Shown here: one piece after another, positions 8,432 to 16,611 of the stretch
Numbering within the stretch: position 1 is the first letter of the stretch
How the letters are laid out: each line of letters begins with the position of its first letter
Assembly (NCBI GenBank): GCA_004524535.1
Contig: SDNY01000051.1
Coordinates: 1-23,215, forward strand
Reading direction: 5' to 3'
Source: Promethearchaeota archaeon
GTDB taxonomy: Archaea > Asgardarchaeota > Lokiarchaeia > Sigyniarchaeales > SOKP01
Length of the DNA stretch: 23,215 nucleotides
Notes under the pieces: model-generated
Database searches by the model: none
Seen by the model: the letters and a program-made list of their open reading frames with translations, nothing else
What the model was told of the DNA's origin: nothing
Program-made: the position numbers and the translations under genes

Positions 8432-9259
8432 CTATCTTTTTTTTTTATAAATTTGAATAGCTTTTTCATTTAGGAATTTTCCCTTTTTATTAATTAATCT
8501 AATACAGTCAATAATGATTGGTTTTCCATATTTGTTTTTGAGTTCCTTAATAACGTTTTTAATTAATTTTTTCGTTTTTCTGTATTTTTTGTAATCATAA
8601 GGATTTTCTTTTAAATAAATTTGGATATAACTTAAAATTAGATTCTTCAATGAATTTTTAACGTTTTTATCATAAAATCTAGCAATTTTAAAATTGTTAA
8701 AATTAGTACATAATAAATTCCAATTAGGAATAAAAGTGAAATTAGAGTTTCTGAAATAATAGTATTCGAAACCACTCCGTATTAATTCATCTGTTTTTTT
8801 ATCTGAAAGGGAATAGTGTAATGCATATGGTGCAGTGATTTTACCTTTTGATTTAGTTATATTTACGTAATAAACTCTCCCTCCATACATTTTATGAAGA
8901 AATTTCTCTACTGGATTTATTCTTACATTTTTTTTGTGTTCGGGAAATTTAGGGCTTGCGACACATTTTCCTTTACCGTGTAAAATCCAGAGTACATATA
9001 TTTTTTGTTGATTATATTCATTTGTTCTTTTGATAATTTCTTTAATTGAAATTCTGGATTGCTGGATTTCAACAACTATTTCTAGACCATTTTTCAGTTT
9101 AAAATAAACGTCTGCTCTACGATTTTTAAAACATTTTTCAGTAGAGCTTTCAGCTATATTAAAATTTCTTTCTGATACATATTTTAATATCAATTGCTTA
9201 ATCGATTTGTGATAAAACGACTCAGATTTTTTATCTAACAGTATACTTAGATCATTCAT
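8432..9259 (-). CDS. CoiA-like nuclease of the PD-(D/E)XK superfamily
   Basis: ESFYHKSIK (ES..H...K), RRADV, VVEIQQS.IS (E-x-Q variant), RT..Y and VLWIL are the motif series of the CoiA nuclease-like domain. The protein is very basic. Confidence 0.75.
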   Translation of the reverse strand: MNDLSILLDKKSESFYHKSIKQLILKYVSERNFNIAESSTEKCFKNRRADVYFKLKNGLEIVVEIQQSRISIKEIIKRTNEYNQQKIYVLWILHGKGKCVASPKFPEHKKNVRINPVEKFLHKMYGGRVYYVNITKSKGKITAPYALHYSLSDKKTDELIRSGFEYYYFRNSNFTFIPNWNLLCTNFNNFKIARFYDKNVKNSLKNLILSYIQIYLKENPYDYKKYRKTKKLIKNVIKELKNKYGKPIIIDCIRLINKKGKFLNEKAIQIYKKKR

Positions 9260-9509
9260 AGAATATCATTCATTCTGTCAAGTGCATTAATGAAAATTGA
9301 AATCAATTATTTAATTCTCATGAGTTCAATGATTTAATAAAATTTTAATGAGCCTGAAAGGTGTTTCTTTTATATAATATCAAAGAAAACAGAAAAATGT
9401 TATTTTGAAAAAAATTTGGGAATTTTTCTTTATATATTATGAATTTATTAGGAAATTAACTCACTGTCCTTTTTTAAAAATTATATCGTATTAAAAAAAA
9501 TTGATAAAT

Positions 9510-10202
9510 ATGACAAATAATCATAATCAAAGTTTTTTTGGCCAAGCAACAGGATTAACTATAAATAGTACTTCAAAAGATGATCCTTTCATTTTTTTAA
9601 AGTGTATTAAAAAAAAACCAGATGGAACTTGGGAAAAACCTTCACAAGGAGAAGGTAAAACCATTAAACTTTCTTTAGATGAGATGGTTATGGTTTTAAA
9701 AGTCTTAAAACGCAAGATTGAATCTTGGTCAAGTTTTCACTCCTATAAAGAGAATAAAACTCAGATTTCTTTCAGTTGGGAGGGGAATGGTGGAAATAAG
9801 CTTTGGATTAATATAGGGAATTATTCAAAATTACTCGCCGAAGCTCAAATTGAAATATTTAAATTACTGGTGAAACATCTAATTAAAGAAAAAATTGAAT
9901 TCGCAACCATTTCTAACATATCGAAACAAAGAGCAATAAATCAGTCAGAAAAAGAAGATTTTAAATCTACTATTATGAATAATTCAGTTATAAAAGAACA
10001 GAATTCTGAAAGTAAAAAAGCTGAAATTATTGGTTCAATTAAGGCTGAAACAGGTAAAGCAATATTACTTGCTTTTAATAATGGGCAAGAGGTATGGATT
10101 CCAAAATCAATAATTTATTCAAATTATAAACCTGAAATAGGATTAAGTCAAACTTTTCTGACAGAAAACTGGATTTTAAAAAGAAATAATATTTCTGCTT
10201 AA
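9510..10202 (+). CDS. Two-domain hypothetical protein: N-terminal Whirly/PC4-like putative nucleic-acid-binding domain and C-terminal small beta domain (ET.KA.L...WIPKS)
   Basis: Clean ORF; ATG at 9510 is preferred to TTG at 9501. The N-domain shows a repeated beta-strands-then-helix pattern (WEK...IKLSLDEM...WSSFH). A low-complexity linker leads to AETGKAILLAFNNGQEVWIPKS. The CDS is solid; the fold is inference. Confidence 0.6.
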   Translation: MTNNHNQSFFGQATGLTINSTSKDDPFIFLKCIKKKPDGTWEKPSQGEGKTIKLSLDEMVMVLKVLKRKIESWSSFHSYKENKTQISFSWEGNGGNKLWINIGNYSKLLAEAQIEIFKLLVKHLIKEKIEFATISNISKQRAINQSEKEDFKSTIMNNSVIKEQNSESKKAEIIGSIKAETGKAILLAFNNGQEVWIPKSIIYSNYKPEIGLSQTFLTENWILKRNNISA

Positions 10203-10329
10203 ATTTTAATTATTTTTTATTTTCTTTATAATAAAGAAGAATAATATCATTTTTATCTGACTTTTTAAGAATAATAATAGAAAATATGGATATCATAATT
10301 AAATTAACATAATAAAAGGTTTAAGTAAA

Positions 10330-11136
10330 CTGTCTAATAGGTTATTTTATAAAATAACAACACTCATCTTATTTCTCTTAGGATCAATTCTAACGTTCTT
10401 TTTGTTTATTTGCTTCAATTTATTTATTATCCTTTCATTGACTACAATAGAAGGAATGTTAGTAATAACAATATTCATTCTCATTAAAATTTGTATTACT
10501 GTGGTAATGGCTATATTTATATTCCAGCGATTTTTTGAACAGGATGAATTAAATATTTTTGATTTCTCGTTTTTAGTTGGTTTGTTTTTTATTGGCTTAA
10601 TTTTTGGAAAATGTATTTATTTAATATATCTCCTTACATATTTTACTATTGGGGAAGTAGAGTCTTTATTTCTTTTAAAAATTCGATATATTTTCATTAT
10701 TTTAACCGCAGCACCTTTTATTTCATTAGGAAATATGATAATAATGAATAGAAAAGAAAATGGTGCAGAGTCTGATGATAATCTGAATTTCATAATTGTA
10801 CTCTTGTTTATTATTATAACAATTTACCTTGTTATAATTGCTCCAAGTTATATAATACTTAATATAATACTTGCTATTATCCATATATCTTCATTAACCT
10901 GGATTTCTCTTACATTTATTTATGCTTATCGAAAGAAAAGATTATTAGGAATTAATTTTTTGATCATAGCTATTATATTGTTAGTAGATTTAATTCTTTA
11001 CATTTTTTCCATAGCGACAAGTCCTATAAGAAGAGAAACGATTGGATTTTCTCCCTTATATGTTATTTTTGCTGAATTAATTGATTTGTTGATAATAATT
11101 GTGATTTTTTTTGGTTATCTTAAAAATCCTACCTAG
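10330..11136 (+). CDS. 7-8 TM integral membrane protein, paralogue of 17607-18431; probable CTG start at 10330 (ORF track starts at TTG 10402)
   Basis: Hydrophobic helices throughout. Shares FGK, FLLKIR, AY..KRL, LIIAI and AE.ID motifs with the 274-aa paralogue. The frame is open upstream to TAA at 10300, and the extension aligns ungapped with the paralogue's N-terminus. Confidence 0.8.
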   Translation: MSNRLFYKITTLILFLLGSILTFFLFICFNLFIILSLTTIEGMLVITIFILIKICITVVMAIFIFQRFFEQDELNIFDFSFLVGLFFIGLIFGKCIYLIYLLTYFTIGEVESLFLLKIRYIFIILTAAPFISLGNMIIMNRKENGAESDDNLNFIIVLLFIIITIYLVIIAPSYIILNIILAIIHISSLTWISLTFIYAYRKKRLLGINFLIIAIILLVDLILYIFSIATSPIRRETIGFSPLYVIFAELIDLLIIIVIFFGYLKNPT

Positions 11137-11247
11137 AGATTATGATTATAAAGATTTCTTAGGATTTATTTGAGAATAATGAATTAAAAAAATTTTATTA
11201 ATGCAGACAGATATTATAAACCAAATATCAATAATTCTCTATGGTTT

Positions 11248-12432
11248 ATGATAATCCCTAAAAGAAACTATTACACCTATTTCTACGCTTATTTTGTATC
11301 AAATCTAATTTTAATTTTCATTAACGTGATGTTGCCTATATATTTCTTTAACATTTTAAACATAAATAGAATCGAATTAGCTATTATACAATTTGCCGCT
11401 TATTCAATTCTGTTTACGAAGCCAATAATTTCTATTTATTTTGATAAAGTCAGATCAACGAGAAAGATTTTCCTTATTATTAGCTCTATAGGAACATTAA
11501 CCAGTTTTATATTCCTTATATTATATTTAAACATCTTAACAATTTTTGGCATTTTCCTTTCAATTAACTTTCTCTGTGTCTCAGTTACGGATATTGTCAT
11601 AGACAAGATGATCGTTGATTATTCCCCAGATGAAAAAACTAAGGATCGAAACGCGAGATACATATTTTTAGGAAGTATGAGTGGTGCGATATTCCCCACT
11701 ATAATATCTTTTTTAATTTTTACTGACATTTACTCAATACCCACTTGGCATTTATTTTTTTTAATATTATCTTTTGCAATTATCCCTATGATATTTATGA
11801 ATAACTTGTTAAAAGTACCATTTGACTCTGATAAAAAGGAAGTAGATACAATAGATTCCGACATTGATAAAAAATCAATTATGCTATTATGCATATGTGC
11901 TTTCTTTGCATATGGAGAAAAAATTTACGATTATCCCTTGGAACCTTGGTTAGTTAATAGATGGGGGGAGCAATATTTTTCTTTGCTTTTACTCATTCTT
12001 ATGATTATGATTTTACTAAACGCCTTAGGATTACTTATAGCAAGTATAATTTCTAATAGATACAACAGAAAAAAAATTTTAGAGATCTCTTTCTTTTTAT
12101 ATGGATCATTGATGGTAATTGCCCCGTTTACCGACAAGATTACATTTTTTATTATTTTTGGTATAATGCAGATTTTTTCTGGATTTTTAGTTGTAAATTT
12201 ATTTTCTCTTATGGTTAAGCATTCTCACAAAAAGGTATGGCTTTTTCAGTTATTAACCTCGTTTATTCTTTTAGCAAGAGTTTTATTAGTCCCATTAGGC
12301 ACGTATTTATCAGCATTCGTACCCACAGAATTAATAATAGCAACTGCCGGTGTATTAGTTTTACTAGCGATAATCCCTACTATTTTTATTAAATACAAAA
12401 AGGAACAATTAAGTATGAAGTCAGAGATATAA
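11248..12432 (+). CDS. Major facilitator superfamily transporter (AmpG/BT1-like)
   Basis: 394 aa with about 12 hydrophobic segments in a 6+6 arrangement. KP...FDK and SNRYNRK are motif-A-like loops; DIVID in TM4 is typical of AmpG/BT1-type MFS. Confidence 0.85.
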   Translation: MIIPKRNYYTYFYAYFVSNLILIFINVMLPIYFFNILNINRIELAIIQFAAYSILFTKPIISIYFDKVRSTRKIFLIISSIGTLTSFIFLILYLNILTIFGIFLSINFLCVSVTDIVIDKMIVDYSPDEKTKDRNARYIFLGSMSGAIFPTIISFLIFTDIYSIPTWHLFFLILSFAIIPMIFMNNLLKVPFDSDKKEVDTIDSDIDKKSIMLLCICAFFAYGEKIYDYPLEPWLVNRWGEQYFSLLLLILMIMILLNALGLLIASIISNRYNRKKILEISFFLYGSLMVIAPFTDKITFFIIFGIMQIFSGFLVVNLFSLMVKHSHKKVWLFQLLTSFILLARVLLVPLGTYLSAFVPTELIIATAGVLVLLAIIPTIFIKYKKEQLSMKSEI

Positions 12433-12641
12433 TTCAAAAAATGCTCCGACAAGACCAATAAATCTGGGGCAGTAATAGGAAAATATTCTTACCCTTATGT
12501 ACTTCTTTATCTGCTACTATTGAAATTAAATCTTTAATCTTAAAAATAAGAAAATTAATTTAAATAATAATAATTTAAACATTTTGGGACTCGTACTGAA
12601 CACTATCTTATTAAAATTTTAACTAAGGTTAAGTTTAAAAA

Positions 12642-15600
12642 TTGAATATTTTGAACATAAATATATTAGATTATCAGAATATTGATGATCTTAATAAAAA
12701 TTTTAAAGATGTATTAAATAAAATTCAGAATGTTCTTAATATTGATATTGTTTATTCTGATGTGTTTTTAAAGTTAGATGAATTTAAAGCTCCTAAAAAT
12801 ATTGAACAGAAGGATACTTTTAATTTAGGAATCGAAAGGGAAATAAAAGGTAATTCTATCTATATTCGGATAAATAAGGATTATAAAAAATTTTTACCTA
12901 TCATTTTATTAAGAGAAGCATTTTATTGTTTTATACCTCAAGCAATTTTAAAAAATCAAACAATTAAAATTATCATTAACCTCATCTTGGAATTTGAACT
13001 TGAGAAATTTGAACATATAAATGAATGGAAGCAGATTTTTCAGGAACAATTTATCGATTTGAATATAGATTCTCCTTTTTTCCATACAATTGATAAATAC
13101 TTATGCCCAGATGGTTCAAATTTATCAGAATCTTCTATTAGATTCTTTTTTAATTATATAAGAAATAATATCCAATTAATGACGGAGGCTAAGGACTCGT
13201 TTCAAGTCAATTTGATAAAGGAATATGTACTAAAGACTGCGATATTCCTTTTCGATGATGATATAGTTGAAGCAATTCGAATTTTAATAAAAATCTTTTA
13301 CAAAGTAAAAAGCTATAGAGCTCTTTTAGAATATAAGAATTATTTTAAAGAATTTAAACAAAATAATAAAATATCGACAGAGTTAAGCCTTAGACGTTTT
13401 ACCGAAAGTGTCAAGTGGATTAACGAAGTGAGTTTTATAGCTCCTACATATGAAATTAATTTGGAATTAATAGATATTAGTTGGAATTATTGTTCATTGA
13501 CTTTTCATCCAGCACTCAATAAAAAGAAAATAGACCAAATTATAAATAAGTTTCCTTTTATGACAAGCTCACGTTCATCGCCAGGGAAATTTTCTTATGA
13601 AATTTCTTTTTGGTTATTTTCCCCTAAATCATATGAAAATGACATAATCCGTTTTATAGAAAAACTTGAAGAATTTGGATATATTATTGATAAAACCTTA
13701 ATTTTACAAAAAGAATTCAAAAATAACAGTATAAACCTTAATTATTTTAGGAATTACTACAAAAAAGGAAGACTAATAAATCCAAAGCATCCCAATTATG
13801 ATGAGAAATACGAGATATCATTTGAAACCTTTTATGGTTCACAAAAATTACAACGAGAATGGACAATTTTAGATACAATGATCCTTGAGAATATTGTCCA
13901 ATGGAATGTTGAAGCTATCGGTTTTGAAAGAAGAACTAATGTTTTCCGTTTAATAAAATCAAGAATAATATATGAAATTTTAAGTCAAAAAAATCTTATT
14001 AAAAATATTAAGAAAAAAATTCAAATTATTCAAGATAATACCAAAATTAAACAATTTTTTATTACATTATTAAACAATAATAAGAATTTTGGTTTTTTTT
14101 ACATCAAAGAGTATTTAGAAGGGATTAAAAAATATTTAGTAAAAGTTGACAAGATCTTATTTAGAAATCCCGACATAAAAAATATATTCCAATTTCAAGA
14201 ATATATAAAGAAAAATGGTATTTTTAATAAATTGGATGAGGCTATTCTTTTTGATAGAACTGATTTGAAAAAAGACGTTTTTAATAGGTTCATCCCCTTA
14301 TACTTTAATAATATCGAGGCATTCAAAGAGCATCTAAAGTACATTGGAATTCTTTCTGATTTTTTCAAATATAGCAATAAGTTAAAAATATTTAATATAA
14401 ATGCTCTAATGAGAATTATTGAAGATAAATTTGTTTCAGAGAAAATTTATATAAAAAAACAAGAAAAACTTGATAATATCCGCCAAGGTATTAAAAACAA
14501 AAAAATTACAGGAATAGTTGTAGACGAAATAATTGATGAATTTTGTAATACAGAACCTCCATTATTGATTCCTTTTTTGATCAGTACTTTAAATACAAGT
14601 AATTTTGCGAAATATTATCTTGAACTCATCATAAAATATAGTACTGAGACAATTGAAATCTTATCTAAAATAAAACATTATTTTCCACGTTTTGTGTTTA
14701 TTTATGGGCTAAATCCATTCATTAAAAAAAAAATAATTCAAATTTTCATTCATATTGTCAATTTAAACAGTATTGAAAAAAAAATATTAATGACTATTTT
14801 CAATAATTTTTTAAAAGATGAGATCATTAGCGTTAAAAGATATTTTTCTGATGGATTTATTGAGATGCCTAATATTCGATCTTATTACGACTTAGAATCT
14901 CAGAGTTTTTTCTACACTAAAGATTTATTCGAGCAATATTTTAATTTTGTAAAAACTATACTTGGAACTAAATTTAAAAAATTTATAGAAGCACCATTAA
15001 AAAATCAAAATTTACTATGGTCATCAAAGGAATCGTTTGATGAATTAATTAATCTTGTTGAGGATAGATTCTCACGACAACAAATTGATTTTAATGCTAA
15101 AAAACTCCAAGATTTAGAGGAGTTTCATTCAAATCTCGAAAATTTAATTTTGAACGTTCAAAATTTTAAGCAGGTTAAACAATCTAAATTTTTTAAACAA
15201 TACATTAAATCTATAAAATTTTTCCCGAATTTTCGTAATTATGGTATATCACATTATTTTTTATATATTCGTCCACTTGATTTAAATCAAATTGATTTTA
15301 GACTCTTGTTTAATAACACATTCCAAAAAATTAAATTTCAAGCTTCAATCGGCAATAATCAATCATTTTTCATTTCATATCTTTTCCCATTTAGAAATCC
15401 TAATATGTCCTACATAAATTGGTTGACAAAATCTAAACGCATTATTCTTGAATATTGTATTTTCTACATAAAGTCTATCCACCTCATTCTCAATTTTGAT
15501 AGAAATCTCGATTCAAGTGGTTGGGATTTGGATCATAAAAAATTTGAGACTCACATTCAACAAATTTTATTTAATCAAAAATTCAAAAAATTTCCTCTTG

Positions 15601-16268
15601 AAATAAAAACATTAAAATTAAGTGCCCCCTCTACATTCCAATTTCTTGGACCAGATACTCCAAATTTCACAAAATTGAATAATATTTACAGAATTGAATC
15701 TATTGATATAAAATCTATAGTGGGAACTAAAAGACATTCTCAGGAAAAAGCTATCATAGATTTATTAAAAGCTAAACATCTATTTCCATATTTAAAACTC
15801 AAAAATTTAGATTTTCAGGATAAAATTTACATTATCTTGATTAATCTCAATAAGGAGACGATAGATAAAATAATTAGAATATTCAGTTTCTTCAATTATG
15901 GATTTATTTATGAAATTGAGGGAGATTATTTCATACAAGAGCTCTTAGATGATGGTAAATTTGAGAATGGACTAATGATTAAGTTGTATTTCCCCTTGTG
16001 CGAAATTAGTGCGTTTCTAAAAATCTTTAGAAAATTATTTCAATTCCTACATATCAAGAATTTTCTGATCTTGAATGACTTAATAAGTGGAAAAAATCTA
16101 ATTAAATCAATTTATAGTGATCTCGAAATATCCAAAGAATACAATCCTTTAATAAATCTGAGATGGAATAATAAAGATAAAATACGGATGAATAACAAAC
16201 TATTTAATGAAAAATTCGAGCCTTTTTATCCAGATTTAATACCTAAAGAAAATAATAATGGCTCCTAA
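12642..16268 (+). CDS. Very large soluble hypothetical protein with putative repeated Lrp/AsnC-like (ferredoxin-fold) modules
   Basis: Uninterrupted 1208-aa ORF with no TM segments. Segments IAPTYEINLELIDISW... and IKFFPNFRNYGISHYFLYI... resemble the Lrp/AsnC linker-to-RAM-domain pattern. The CDS is secure; the domain call is tentative. Confidence 0.65.
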   Translation: MNILNINILDYQNIDDLNKNFKDVLNKIQNVLNIDIVYSDVFLKLDEFKAPKNIEQKDTFNLGIEREIKGNSIYIRINKDYKKFLPIILLREAFYCFIPQAILKNQTIKIIINLILEFELEKFEHINEWKQIFQEQFIDLNIDSPFFHTIDKYLCPDGSNLSESSIRFFFNYIRNNIQLMTEAKDSFQVNLIKEYVLKTAIFLFDDDIVEAIRILIKIFYKVKSYRALLEYKNYFKEFKQNNKISTELSLRRFTESVKWINEVSFIAPTYEINLELIDISWNYCSLTFHPALNKKKIDQIINKFPFMTSSRSSPGKFSYEISFWLFSPKSYENDIIRFIEKLEEFGYIIDKTLILQKEFKNNSINLNYFRNYYKKGRLINPKHPNYDEKYEISFETFYGSQKLQREWTILDTMILENIVQWNVEAIGFERRTNVFRLIKSRIIYEILSQKNLIKNIKKKIQIIQDNTKIKQFFITLLNNNKNFGFFYIKEYLEGIKKYLVKVDKILFRNPDIKNIFQFQEYIKKNGIFNKLDEAILFDRTDLKKDVFNRFIPLYFNNIEAFKEHLKYIGILSDFFKYSNKLKIFNINALMRIIEDKFVSEKIYIKKQEKLDNIRQGIKNKKITGIVVDEIIDEFCNTEPPLLIPFLISTLNTSNFAKYYLELIIKYSTETIEILSKIKHYFPRFVFIYGLNPFIKKKIIQIFIHIVNLNSIEKKILMTIFNNFLKDEIISVKRYFSDGFIEMPNIRSYYDLESQSFFYTKDLFEQYFNFVKTILGTKFKKFIEAPLKNQNLLWSSKESFDELINLVEDRFSRQQIDFNAKKLQDLEEFHSNLENLILNVQNFKQVKQSKFFKQYIKSIKFFPNFRNYGISHYFLYIRPLDLNQIDFRLLFNNTFQKIKFQASIGNNQSFFISYLFPFRNPNMSYINWLTKSKRIILEYCIFYIKSIHLILNFDRNLDSSGWDLDHKKFETHIQQILFNQKFKKFPLEIKTLKLSAPSTFQFLGPDTPNFTKLNNIYRIESIDIKSIVGTKRHSQEKAIIDLLKAKHLFPYLKLKNLDFQDKIYIILINLNKETIDKIIRIFSFFNYGFIYEIEGDYFIQELLDDGKFENGLMIKLYFPLCEISAFLKIFRKLFQFLHIKNFLILNDLISGKNLIKSIYSDLEISKEYNPLINLRWNNKDKIRMNNKLFNEKFEPFYPDLIPKENNNGS

Positions 16269-16410
16269 AAAAGAATAACAATTTTAAAGCACATAAAAAA
16301 ACCTCCCTTTATTACTCTATTAGGATATGTATATATAATAAGTGGAGTTTAAATACAATCAAACAAACATAAATGCACCAAATTTATATTTTAATAGAAG
16401 TGATTATTTT

Positions 16411-16527
16411 ATGGAATTAAGTAAAAAAGTTTTGGTTGCTTTAGCTATTTTATTAACAGTTTCTTATGGTTTAAGCATGGCTGCAGCTGGAGTATCTATT
16501 CCTGGCTGTGGTGAAGCAGCTCCATAG
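16411..16527 (+). CDS. 38-aa small protein, signal-peptide-like or single TM (MELSKKVLVALAILLTVSYGLSMAAAGVSIPGCGEAAP)
   Basis: ATG at 16411 with GAAGTGA RBS-like motif at 16397-16403. GC is higher than the flanks, the peptide has a basic n-region plus hydrophobic h-region, and a T-tract follows at 16570-16584. Confidence 0.65.
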   Translation: MELSKKVLVALAILLTVSYGLSMAAAGVSIPGCGEAAP

Positions 16528-16569
16528 AAAATTCAATCCAATTTCGGGACATAAAAATAGCTAGCAATA

Positions 16570-16610
16570 TTTTCTCTTTTTTTTATAGGAAAAAAATAAA
16601 TTAAAAAATA
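16570..16610. terminator. Back-to-back oligo-T / oligo-A tracts between convergent genes (archaeal-type intrinsic terminators)
   Basis: TTTTCTCTTTTTTTT on + after the small ORF; A-rich tract at 16590-16610 (T-rich on -) after the 306-aa gene. Confidence 0.5.
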
Positions 16611-16611
16611 A

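Noticed and set aside
2752-9259. Smc plus KITE plus nearby nuclease as a Wadjet/MksBEFG defence system
   Set aside because: Smc has a canonical condensin hinge and length, there is no JetA kleisin or JetD TOPRIM nuclease, and the CoiA-like gene is separated from smc by two genes, one on the opposite strand.
9527-9715. 62-aa - strand ORF
   Set aside because: Short antisense ORF inside a better-supported gene.
11931-12458. Two short - strand ORFs (68 and 70 aa)
   Set aside because: Antisense to the MFS gene; no independent support.
12433-12545. Slightly GC-richer intergenic stretch with a short open - strand frame (IKDLISIVADKEVHKGKNIF...)
   Set aside because: No start codon, under 45 codons, no recognisable homology or stable RNA fold; cannot support a pseudogene or ncRNA call.
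14195-14377. 60-aa - strand ORF
   Set aside because: Antisense within the 1208-aa gene.
16258-16278. ATG overlapping the end of the 1208-aa gene (MAPKKE-stop)
   Set aside because: Only six codons followed by further stops; no evidence of a coupled gene.
16342-16410. GTG-started N-terminal extension of the small ORF, and possible TAG (pyrrolysine) readthrough at its end
   Set aside because: The extension is AT-rich intergenic-like sequence and the RBS-like motif precedes ATG 16411. Readthrough of the TAG would add only eight more codons before TAA.
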